Assembly (NCBI GenBank): GCA_965285935.1
Contig: OZ260663.1
Coordinates: forward strand, 26,970,001 to 27,034,000
Direction: 5' to 3'
Source of the DNA: Ophelia neglecta
Taxonomy: Eukaryota
DNA length: 64,000 nucleotides
Shown here: positions 11,768 through 24,591 of the stretch, piece after piece
Numbering within the stretch: the stretch's first letter is position 1
Layout of the letters: each line of letters begins with the position of its first letter
Made by a program: the position numbers and the translations under genes
Notes under the pieces: model-generated
What the model saw: only the letters and a program-made list of their open reading frames with translations
The model's database searches: none
Told to the model about the DNA's origin: nothing

Positions 11768-12949
11768 GTTGAATGTCCAGTTTTCTGATGCTTTAATACA
11801 GAGGATACAGACCTATGGTACAAAGTGCAGTTTCTTCAAATGACTTCAGATTTTCAGTACAGGCGTAACACTATGTTGCAGCATATTCAAACACTAAGTT
11901 TAAACAGGAACTGCGTAATCCCCTATGAGAAAACTTTGGGTGAATCCAGTACTTACGCTGCTGAACATTTACAGTCTCCAGGTGTCCATTGGAACATGAA
12001 TTATCATGACTCTTCTGTTTGTACTCTTACATGGTTAAAGCATGTTCACTAAGTCAGCAGCAATATGGGCGCATTTTTTTCAAGTTCAGGGCACCGTTGG
12101 AAGCAACGCTGCGTTCGGCATATAATTATACTCGCATTATAGGTCCAATCAATGATTCAGTCATGTCCTGTCGGAGCAATGTTGAATTACTGCATGCTGG
12201 TTGTGGCTCCATGTCGGGCTATACTAACAGTACACATAAGCATTAGATCAACCACACTGATTTGTTTTTTTATGGTAACAAATTTTGTAAAAGGGAATAT
12301 GCAGCAGATCATTAACCTCTTATGTTACCCGGACGAGTGCCATTCACTAAATTTTGCGCCTCGAGGCGACAGTCCCTGGCGCAAAGAAGTATCGAGATTC
12401 GATCAACTCGTGTCTCCAAGGAAGACCCCGGCTTTAGTGCGCTTGCGCTCAATTCCCTTATACCAGCGGCATAAAGTCTGGACACTAGTTGTGCGAAAAA
12501 ACACTATTCGAAGCATCAAATATGTAATCTATGCATGTGTGACGCGGCACCCTGGGACACAGTGCTCTGGCAAAACGCGTCACTTGCCTTCGGGTTTAAA
12601 TAGGTCAAACGTCATTCATAGCAAACCAATTAGAGGCAGCCTATTTTCAAACACACCAATTACACTTAGATCATATGTGCGTCAGCAGTAGCTTGTGCAC
12701 ACTGTTTTGTAGCATCGTACGATTTTAAACCTTTTTTTCTGAAAGTCTACAGACTTTATGTGGCTGGTATAAATTGGTCTTTTGCAGTAGCGCGCACTTC
12801 TTGGGTGTCTACTTCAGTAGTCCCCGTAAATGATGTCATATCTAAGACTGAGGGCGTGTGTCGTATAATCTTATGGAGGGAAAAAACCTAGCACGAGTAA
12901 GACAGAAGCGGGGTTCTTTCTAATCACACCGGCTCGAAGCGTGGCATCG

Positions 12950-14080
12950 TGAAATTAAATCACCTATCAGAGGCCCACCCTATTCTCAAAAGGTATAAGC
13001 CGAAATATCCGAATTAGAAAGGATTATTAATTTTGTTTAAATCCCTCGATTAAATCCAGCTCCTGAATTACAGAGAATTCTTCGTGAGGCGCCACTGTTT
13101 TAGCTCAGCCACTGGGAGACGTGTTCAATATGTCTCCAGCTGAGGGCATTTTTTCCGAGACCTGGAAAAGGGCAAATGTTGTTCATATTCATAAATGAGG
13201 CACTAGCAGATTGTAACAATTATGAGCCTGTCTCACTTTTTCATGTTTCTCTCATATATTCGTACAAATTATTTTCAACCACTCATATGACTTTTAGAGA
13301 ACACAAAGTGTTTAGACCTAAGCAGTCTGGTTTTATTCCAGGTGTCTCTACGGTAAACCAATTAGTCCACATTTGCAATAATATACACAAGAGTCCTGAT
13401 GCTGGCGTTGAATTTGTAGGGGTCTTATTAGAGTTTTTCAAGGGTTTTGATAAGGTTTGGCACGAAGCACTTCTTCACAAATTGAATAAGTGTAGGGTTC
13501 GCCACAAAACACTCGGATGGCTGTCTAGTTATTTATCGAATCGCAGACAATGCGTTACTCCACCGAATTCAATTGGCGATGTTGGCCATCAAGGGGGCGG
13601 TTTTCGATTTCTAATTGTTCCTTTTATTCATTAATGACATAGTTCTCGATATCCAAAGTGATATTTACATATTTGCAGATGATACTTCGATATTCAAATA
13701 AAAGGACGAATTACCTTGGTGCACAGGAAATTATTAATAAGGACCTGTCGTAGATACCTAGTTGGTGTTCTGAATGGGTCGTTAGTTTGAACCTTAGGAA
13801 ATGCAAATATATACTACTGAGGCACGACACTGGTCTGTATCCCGTCATCAAGAATAATGACAGGCTAACAAATAAAACATAACACTGAGAATGATTCCGA
13901 CCTAGTCATCCTTCTTGACAGAAAATTTAGCTGGACTTCTCACATCACATATTTATCACAAACGGCAAACAAACGTATACGGTCTAAATTGAAAAACAAT
14001 CTTGAACTGGCTTATACATGCTTTGTGACGCCTATGTTGTAATATAGGAGTGTCATCTTTGATTCGTGCTCTTTATAAAA
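12950..14080 (+). mobile_element. Decayed CR1/L2-type LINE RT fragment
   Basis: FSETWKRANV, NYEPVSL, QSGFIPGVST, KGFDKVWHEALLHKL, WLSSYLSNRRQCV, FINDI..DIYIFADDT, with stops and frameshifts. Confidence 0.85.
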
Positions 14081-17000
14081 TATGAAATCACATTTTCTAT
14101 TTTAATTGTCATACATATGGTTACTGTATAATTTTCCCTGATTGCCAGTGTCTGTTTAGTGTTTCATGTTAACGAAACATCTGCAATACCTTCCTTAGTC
14201 TAGCTCTCACGTCAGCGCATCTAATTGATACTTAGTGAGAGTTTCCTAGTCTAAATATTATTATTATCATTTTGTTTAATTATCGAACTTTATTGTTGAC
14301 GATATCCTTTCAATATGGATATTAATATATATATCAATGTTATATGTCTAAATGTGATATATAAATATGAATACTTGAACATTTTCAGTTCAGTCTGGTC
14401 TCGCCTCATAAGCACAAAGGAGAAAAGTATCACGACTTCTATGATATTATACCAGATTCTTCGCCCATCTATGTCCGATATTATTAATCATTTAATAATA
14501 TTAATATTATAATTACTATCCAGGAAACCCTCATAAAAATATGTCTTCTCAGGAGCGATAGCCCCGAAGACGTATTGTTTTCTGCTTATGAGTGGTACCG
14601 AGGACTTGACTTGACAAAATCCACTTAATGTGAGTTGTGTATCGGTTTGAGTTGGTTTTTTTTTTCTACATAATTCTACATTTGTAGTAAAGCAGGCAGC
14701 ATCAACCAGCAAAAATTGACTACTGGCAAGGATCAATGGCCACTTTTGTTCAATGCCAGCCCCTAATAGGACGACGTACTGCATATTTATTAATGTGAAA
14801 CCTATGTAACTTACTATGAAACAGTTTGCAATAGAAACCAATATCTGTTACACCAATATCTGCTCTGTAAGTTTAGTTGTTTTATGTGTTTTTTAATAAA
14901 CTCATATTTTTCTGAAATGTGATATTGTTGAGCGTGAGAATTTTTATGTACTATATGTATGACCCAATTATTTGTGTTTCCATTTTCGTTTTCCATAATC
15001 ACCTTTTTGCGACCTATATGTACTGGTTCATATCTATAAGCCAAGGGGCTGAGCTTTTTTGTACTTACTACATGAAAATCACGTTGAGTGTGAAAAAAAG
15101 GCTCCTCCACTTAGTAGATATTTCCTGTGGGTAATGCTTACTGCGTGGGAGGAACTCCATTGCTGGCAGACTGATTGATGTGTAAGTTATTTTTTATGAA
15201 TAAATCAATTATTCTCTTTTACAAGAATGAAGAAAAATGATTACAAATGTATGTAACTAAAACCGAAGACAATAATGTAGAGCCTCCTTGGCTGCTACAG
15301 AAAGCGTTCGGATGTAGCCTCTTTAAAATGGAGGCGACAAGGCCAATATTATAAGTCTAACATGTTGTGGGCAAAGCCCGTCGACTGTTCAACACGCAAT
15401 TGCTGTCTGAGTTATCTGTCAATCGTCATACCTCGATGTAAGAGTTTGATCTTCTTACATTAGCAACAAAAACTCTGCCCAACTCGAGAAAGAGCACAGA
15501 AGGCGAATGGCTATAATAGGCCAAAACGTGTCCCGCTAGGCCTAGATTGTAGACCTGCGGTCTAAGTATTGGATGGCAGAGTAGAGTTCTACTTGAAGAA
15601 CAGCGCTTCGAAAGGATGCGTGACATTTTGAGTTGACTCCTTACTAGTTTATACATGGGCATGAGAGGCACGACGGTTCAGCATACTAATAGAGGTTTTA
15701 ATCTGATCAAAACCGTGTTGATTGAAATACTTGCGGCCTAGGGAGGTGCCTGGGTCGTGGAGAGTTTCCGGTATTACGCCTCCGAAGAGCCAGTGAAAAA
15801 CACATGCCAAATATCTAAGTATCAGTTAATTGGAAGACTCGTGGAGATCAGAGTGTCAAATCCGAATCGGTGCTTTAGGGTTTTCGTAACTACGCGGGTA
15901 TGGAATGATGGATGCAAGCAGGAATTAGTCATGAGAGCGGTCAAAGGCACACGGGTCATTAAATATGTGTCAATTGGTGGCAGTTTCCTTTATTTGACGA
16001 TCGTTACCATGATATATTAGTAATTTTATATGTGAGGTTTTTGAAGACGAAGTATCTCTGTTTTCTGGTTATGCAGAAATTGTATGCTCAGCCCCATTTA
16101 AACCCATATGTAAGTTTTGGCTCTTACAGAAGAAGACCGACCTTTTGTATTGGAAAGTATTAATGCTGTGTAATATCGTCGGGTAAATGGGAACAGATCT
16201 CATCAACCGACGAATAAATAAATACAGTGAATGAGATTTATGAGAAGATATGATTTGCACAGTATCTTCTATATGTCTTATGTATTAGCTAGACTGAATA
16301 CTTGCGCTGTTTAGTATGCGAGTATGCCGTCATTATTGCTGTCAAGTTCTTAAATGTCTATCATATAGTTGGCCGGTGTTCCATTTTCACTGTTATGTAG
16401 TTTCACAAGTCACAGGATCAAGCACGTTAACAGCAGAGCGAGTATTTTCTGCGGCCGTCAGGACGTCAAGAAAAATATTACATATTCATTTGATTGCATA
16501 AAAAAGCACATCCAAGTCGTATCACAGCAGCGAAGGAACACACAAAAATGACACACAAATGGCATGCCCACAGGATAGGAATGACAGTTAAATATTACTT
16601 AATTAGTTCGAAATGAATTCGTCCTTGATAAACAAACAATACTCTCATATATTGTTCAGTGTGTGACAGTGAATCATTGCCTATGGCATTTTTATCGAAA
16701 TTAAACACACTTAACTATATCCAACTTAAATAAATACACTACAAAATCATTTTAATTTACATCACATCCAACAAGTGGGACTTACCTTTGGGTATAACAG
16801 GTGTTACTTTACCTAAGCACCTTATCAGCGATGGAAGGACATTGTAAGCAAGGGCACCCTGTTACATTACAAATGAGTCTCAACCGACATATGGGAGAGG
16901 ACAGATTATTGCTTCTGGTCCATAAGAGCGTTTATCCCTTACTCTTCTTAACAAGTTATACCTGTAAGTAGGGTAAGGAACGTCAGTGCATTTGAAAGCT

Positions 17001-18149
17001 TAAGCGCAGTCATATGGTTGACTGTTACTAACATTGAGACAACTTAATGACCCGAACTGCCTGCCATCGATGCAAGCGCGACGATTCATATGGAAAAGAC
17101 TTTCTAATTCAACAGATATATGACTTGTTTTTTCCAGACTGTGGAATTTTTTTAATTCGCTCGTCGACTTTTCATCTCTACCTACGCCATTCCCAACTCG
17201 CTCCTCGCCGCGCATCCGATTAACACACACGTCACACTCATGTCAGTAAAAGGTAAAAAAGGAAACAAGAAATGGAAATAAAAAAAAGAGAACAATATAT
17301 ATGTAGAGAGATATAAATGAGATTGATACATAGAGAACTACTCTCCTTTAAGTAAGTGATACGGTATTATGCAACAGGCGCTTTTCGAGCATCCTTTTTA
17401 AATAAATCATGAATTATGGGAATCAATTTTAACGCAAAGATATTTCCTTAGATTAACATCTAAAATTCTGAAAGAAGTATTTCGCCAAATAGTTTTTGTG
17501 AGAGGCACTGTCATCTTATTTATTGTCTGGTCTTATAAGGACGTGCTTGTACATTTATTGTAAACATGCAATAAAATGCCACGTGTCTATTTATTATTGC
17601 CCCTAAACGTGATTATCCAAAAACACAAAGCTTAGCCCCAAGGACTTCGTATGGATGGTCTTATTGAAAACCTCGTGATCAGGAAGAAAGGAAACCTGAT
17701 ATCCGGACTTCCGTCGTATGCTAATGATACATCTAGGAATCATTTGATGCAGTCTCGTTCACATATTACAGGTTCATCAAGTCTCGGATTGAAGCATCAG
17801 TCAATCTGTCAAAAGAGTATAGCACGGGCTTATGTGATCATGATACTCCTTTAGAACAAATTAGCGTCGGCAAGGCAGCGTATGCATATTGTAAAAGAAC
17901 TTTGTTTCTATTCTCATGGGCTTCAATAAGTTACTGCCCATAATTAGACAAATCAGTCACCCTGGTGTGGAAAAGTGTGTTTGATTAGTCGTTCATATAA
18001 TTTGTTTAATGTAATTCTTTCTATGTAATACTTACATCTAAGGACACTTTTATGTCCTATATATTTAGAAGTTCTTCATGTTTCTGCTATCGTTAATGCA
18101 TCCCTTTTATGAACCATTTGATTGTCGTACCAGTGCTCCGGGTTAAGGA

Positions 18150-18330
18150 CACACCCGGGATTTCATCGCGCACGTACGAATTTTTCCGCATACCTTCCAA
18201 GACAGAATCCTGGTTCATACATATGCCCACTTTGTGGTGATAATCTGATGCGCGAGTTTTCTCCTTCATTGCATATTTATTTGTACTATAGAAACCGGAA
18301 GATTGGCAGCATTCAGCCAGAAATTCCTAG
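18150..18330 (+). mobile_element. Possible LINE ORF2 C-terminal relic
   Basis: LPRQ...ICPLCG...EF resembles the C-terminal CxxC..E.H motif of CR1/L2 ORF2; otherwise decayed. Confidence 0.3.
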
Positions 18331-21300
18331 AGGTCTGACAACGTTGGGTGTCATTCGAGGGGTTTCATTTGCTTAAATACCGTTAGGCTTTGTTTGCCAT
18401 AGTCTGGTTCAATGAGTAGTATGTTTGATAATGTAATGTGCCTACCGAACATAATGTGTTGCTGGCTTGATTATACAAACTGAAAAGGGCAGTCAGCTAC
18501 ACATTATACTCTCCAAACAATGGGCCAGTCCTGCCGAAGGAAAATATATCTAAGGGGCAATTCGTGTTTTTATTGGTGATTCTTATGGACAAAAAACAAG
18601 TACCAGTCGAGGTTTTAACGAATCTGAATCACCAAAAAGACCATGAGATATCCTTAGTTTATTCCGTAGACAGCCAAGGAGATCACCTGACTACTGGCTG
18701 TCCATCTTCATGTAGCTGACGCATACATGACAGTTACTAATTTTACAATACTCTGCTTCCTTCAAAAGAACAAACCACTAAAATTTATTATAAAAAGTGT
18801 TCATCACTATCCAATATACGTAACGCAATCTCTTTGAACATGTTTTAACATGAAGGTGGGCAGAACTGTCCCCCTGCCTTTGTAAACTGTGCCCATTGCC
18901 AAACTGTTAACATAAATTATTTTATGACAAACGTACATGTAGCTTGAGGCTGGGCCCGTGTGGCGAGGTTTTTACGCTAACATGTGAACACATGGAATAT
19001 GTATAAGAAGCCTGTGGAATATGTACAAGAAGCCTGAAAGCCAAATCATATTTGGACATGTATAGTATTAAGTTTTCAACTTGGCTTGTTCCGGTTGCAC
19101 CATACTCGCTCTGGAATGAGAAATAAGGAATAAAGGTAAAAACTGCAACGGTTGCAAGCCGCACAACAATATGACCCACGTTGCACGAGCTCTGTCGCGC
19201 TTTGCCAGATTTTAACAAAATTGTTTTGACGTGATATGAATTTTACCGTGGTATAAAAAGGTGTAGCATTTTCATAAGTTATCGCCAAAAACATATTGTA
19301 GATAAATATAACTCCTAATTGTGCTGTCATTAGTTTCTTTAGCTTCGCTAGACACAAAGCTATGCCTTCATCATATTGCATTTGACAAATTGGAATCCCA
19401 ATGGCCAACGCATAATGGTGGAACACCATATTGCAATATCACATTGGCTTCCGAAACATGCGCTTATCTGAATGGAATATCAATTTTAATTATATCTATG
19501 TTGTTTGCACCCATTTGATATTCACGGCTTCAAAACATAGGGTTGCTAATCTGACGTTAAACGACTAATTCAGGAAACATTACTTCGATGGTTGAGAAGT
19601 GGTGATGTGTACCTTTTATATGCCAGATTAGTACACCGTGAGTTAAGGCAACACAACTCATCCACCTTTCACAAAGCTTTTAACTTTAAGCTGCCCGCTA
19701 GGGGTGTGCTTTGAAACACATTAATGATATAAACCATGTTTTATTGATAAAGAAAAAAACCTGTTCTTTCAGAGGGTCAACACCCTGGCCTTCCATTCCA
19801 TCTTAACGTAGACTTTGCAGTTTATATGATATCGAGCGAAGCTCGAGGCTGGGCCTGGAGGCCCCTGGCTCGCGTAGCGAGGCTTTTGCATAAGTATGTG
19901 CGCATACTATGGCATATATCAAACAAAGCTGGTAATTCAGCTGTCGATCTGTATACAATTAATTTTTCAGTTGAGCTTGTTTCTTGATGCGCCATACTGG
20001 TTTCGGACTAGGAAACTGATAGCAAAAAGGGTAAAGATTACAACGATCGCTATCCGCACTAAGCTGTTACGCCGGCGGTGCGTGACGTTGCACTAGCTCC
20101 GGCGCCGCTTCGTCAGATTAGCATAGCACGTGTTTATATTATATGAATCATCACTTGTTACCATGATATATATTCGGTATCAATAACTCTCTTTTTGTAA
20201 ATAATTAGTATACGAGAAACCGTCATATTCTTCGGGCAATAAGATAACCAACAATATCGTAGACTCAAAGACATGGTTATTCCACTGGTTACCATTTCAG
20301 ACTACCCACAATTATTTGTTATTTCTAGATAGACCTGTTCGCTTCGTTTATATAATTCATACCCCTAGGTACCTGCACGTTTTAAGTTATTATGCAACAA
20401 CTTGTAATAGTCTTCAATGTCACACGGCTTTTATCAAAAGTGGGAATGTTACTGTGTTACCTAGGCAGTGAATACCTGGATTTACGGCTTTGTTTGTACT
20501 TGTTTTCTTATTCATCATTGATGAGTATTATGAACAAATCTAAAACATTGATTTAATATATGAATCAGTCAGAAGTGGCTTAGAATCGTGTATATAATTA
20601 AACTATTAAACAACCGTTTCTAGTTATTTGTTTGCTTACATATTCCACTATTAAAATACTTTGCTGTTACACCTATTTTTATTATGAAACATAACCCTAG
20701 CTTTTTAAAGCGGGTTTGAACCAATAAAAAATGAAGATAATAACCCAATGCTTACAAAAAAACAAAGGCCCCCAGACAATCATATCAGTTGCTAATAGTT
20801 CCTCTTGTGAGCAGGATGTAATCTCCTTCAAGCAAACCATTCTAACAACCTATGATTAGCCTAATGATGTTGACGAAACAAGTTTTTTCCTACATGTGGT
20901 GTCTCATTATTCATGATTCCGTTATGTACGTTGTTAACGCGAAACATTTTTGTTCTGACGAGGCATGTTGCCTTGGTTATCAACCATTCTGCTAAAATTC
21001 CTCAAATTGCCATCTCTTTCTTAGATTGATTAGTTTTGACGGACAGTTAGTTTCTGGTCCAGTATAATTGCCTGTGTGCAATGACCAATCTGTGATAATA
21101 ATATATATCATAGCATAGCATAACCTTTTTTATATTCAACCGGACCCCCATTTTCGTGCCAATATTTGTTCATGTGCAACCTGTTAAAGGGATTGTTCCT
21201 TATGAAGTCCAAGGGAGGGGGTTAGACATTTAGGGTCAAAAAGGTGTTAGTTAAGGGTTAAGGGAGACGGGGGGATATAGGGGCGGAGGACACAAGCGAC

Positions 21301-24300
21301 CTTTATATCGCCCCGGCGGCCCGGTTAACATACAGTACTACCGAAATAGTCCCCACCCCATTGAACTTTCCATGAGCTATGTCGTTCCCTTTGAATCCAC
21401 ATAAAATCCAAATTCACTAAATATGCTTGATACGGGTACACTCCCAGTATACTCCTTGCCTACACCCTGTATATAGTCTGCTCGAATTCTCCTCCCGCAC
21501 CTTATATTCTCAAAGTGCACGCACATTTTATTTGCACTACTTCACATGCGCTCAGTTCACTCTCCATTAATGATTTGGTCATATATTTAGAATATACCTA
21601 AATCCCAGGCCACGGACCATAGTTTGGGCCGGCGTTTTGCTGCCCAGCTTGACTAATTATATTCAGGGAATCTTATAATAGTTATGGCCATGAACAAGTA
21701 AGCCTTTCCTGCAAGCGTGGACTTGGACCTTTCACTATGACCACGTTTATATTTCTAAAGTCATCTCACACCTAGGTTAACGCAAAAAGTCTCCGGGGAT
21801 TATGACATTATTGTGACCTAATACTCATTGACTGTGTAGTGCATATGACGGAATCAGTAAGATGTGTTTACCTCTACACAGAAAGTTTTTATTCATTTGC
21901 CTCCGATGTGATTACCTATACTTTGTCAGCATTCATTAAAACTTGCATATAGTGATTCAATTTGCCTACCGGCGTTTTGTGTTTGCTACTTGATCACCAT
22001 GAGCATGAACACGAGTATCTTAGGGTTGCTTTATATTTCCAAGGTAACAAGATTGATCAATAGCCGTACTTGTTGAATTGCATAAGGCCTACTTCGTTAT
22101 TATTAAACCACTATTCCTCTACCAATTTACCAATCTACCAATCCAAAATAAACCAATATCTTTGCCCTCGTTGGAGCATTTCTATTTCCTTTCTGTTATT
22201 ACATACTGTTGCCAAGATCACGATCAACCGTTGCATACCTCTTTCCAGCCTCGCACAGGCCATGCTTTCATAGGGTAGGTTATTTTCGATCTGAGATCTA
22301 AAGCACTGCACAGGTACATTACATTTCGCTTTCTTCTTTGACCAACATGTACTTGCATCTATAACTGTACATGCGCGTATCTTGATAAGTGATTATTGAT
22401 TAACGTTAGCATGTCGACCTGTGTACTTATTTCGAGTGATCTTTCACTTGGAATCTAAAAGATTGGCCCTCCCGACATACCTTCTCCAATTTCCACGTTA
22501 ATATTTAAAGAAACTATATCATCATTTTATAATAAATGTAGACTTACGTGTATTATATAATTATTTTCCCTAAAGACTCATTTAAGCATATTTCGTAAAG
22601 CCTTTGTTCCTAGTGCAAGCCTTGTTATAGATGATGATTACTTTGAAACCTTACACCCTGTTTGGTTCAGCGTAATACGGTTTTAAGTTTACTCTGTATT
22701 ATTCTTGCTTCTGCAGTCTATGTACGCAGGCCCAAAGTGCCGTGTAATCCTCTCCATATCTCCCCTGTAGCTGCCTACCTATTCTATATTATGCATTTAT
22801 GTTATGTTACGTGATATACAAAAGCGCTAAATTAACTGCACAAACAAACTACATGGACCATTTTAAAGGATCTACTTGGAGGAATAACTGAGTAAGGTAA
22901 ATATCTCACATTGCTCTATTTCATGGGATACTTAAACACAAAGCATTCAAAACAAGCACAAATTCATCCTCGGGAATTATGAATGATTTTCTTTTTGAAA
23001 TACAATGAGATATTTCCCTCGTATCAGCCTCGGATGATCTTTGCTTTATTCGCACTTTAGCACAGTTTTATCTGGTTAATCACCTTTTTTTATATTATTT
23101 TTGTCACCACACCCTCTCGTATGTTTTAAAACGTAAGAATTCTCCTTTTCATATGGATATAGTAATTCCAGATGTTAAGATTTTATTAAACAGTTAGGCG
23201 TCACTGTTTTCTTTTCCCACAACATGCAATTCGATTGGACCCATTTCCCTTGTTAACATCTTCTGTTTCTTGTGCTTATTTAACTTCGGTGATTAAAAGC
23301 CATGCCTTGACGAATTTATTGCCTTCGATTTAAGTAACAGGGATCTAATAATAATCTAATAGGGATCTGTCTACTAGATAAGGCACGACAGAATAGCCAC
23401 GCGTGACAATGTAGTAGTGTGTGCAATAGTTAGTAACGCGTGACAGAACTATCGGCCCAGTCGAAAATATTAGTTTAAACTGATTGTTCTTGTTCACTTA
23501 CACCCATTGGTTTGACAAGGGAACAGTTCGACTACCAGACACAGTATTCCTGTCTACGTTTTGCCCTTAATTATGGCATTAATGATTTATTGGAGAGTCT
23601 CTGGCAAACACTCCCCCTATAGCACCGTTGAGATTATACGTGACTTTTATCGCGAGGGACGATCCCGTTGGGACTCAGAAAGCCTGCAATGCATTGGATT
23701 TATTTTCTTGATTATTGACCCTTTGCCTAATTACTTATACTCGGGACTAGTTGTGTCCGGTGTATGCCATTTAGCTCAGGAAGGATCTGAATAACGGCGA
23801 GGATGGTCTAATTATTAATTCCAGGTTGGCATGCATTTGCTTTGTCGTCTCCTCAGGTCATAAAGTTGATGTGGGAGTAAGGTAGCATTTGGAATATATG
23901 CTCTAGTTTTGCCACCTAAAGGCAAATCGTTTATCTTTGGGTCATGTAATAAAGTTAAACAAATTATTTCATTCTAGCCCTGTGTTGCCTTTCATAATTT
24001 ATAGATATTGTCTTCTTCATTCGCAGGAAAACAGGGTAATCTGATTATTAGAAAACCTAGACAAGATACTTTGGCAAGTTGCCAAAAACTGCATGTCAAT
24101 AATCTTAAAATTATTATTAATTAAAAGATGTCAATATCGCCTGTTTAATTCCGAATACCGTTCTCGCTTAATTCATTTCCCACCCTCCGGAAGTGTGAAA
24201 GAGCATCTCCTAATGCCTTGCTTCCACTGTAAGGTATAACATTGTGACCTGAATGTGGCTGTTGAATACAGAGATTGGAATCTGTAATCATCTTAGAGAG

Positions 24301-24347
24301 ATGTTGTTGAGGGGGCATGATCTGCTCCCGGGTCGTTCTTACCTAAT

Positions 24348-24591
24348 GGCATACTGGAAAACCTGATACGAAATACGAAGGAAATACGAGATACCCAGAT
24401 ACGAAAAATTAAGATTGAGTTGGATTATGACAGGGTAAGGGGTAGGGTTAAGCTAGCAACCTAACTAAACCATAACTTACTTTACCCTTCACCCTAACCC
24501 TAACCTAGTCTATATGGCTACGTTTTAAACACCTCGTATCTCGTATCTGCGTCTCGTATCTGGTATTTCGTATCAGCTTTTCCAGTATGCC
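24348..24591. mobile_element. MITE with ~29-bp TIRs and a perfect 9-bp TSD (Mutator/MULE-like), copy 1
   Basis: Left end GGCATACTGGAAAACCTGATACGAAATAC, right end GTATTTCGTATCAGCTTTTCCAGTATGCC; TTACCTAAT on both sides (24339-24347, 24592-24600). Confidence 0.9.

Noticed and set aside
12152-12691. 179-aa plus-strand ORF
   Set aside because: No recognisable homology or coding-like composition; probably a chance ORF or repeat-derived.
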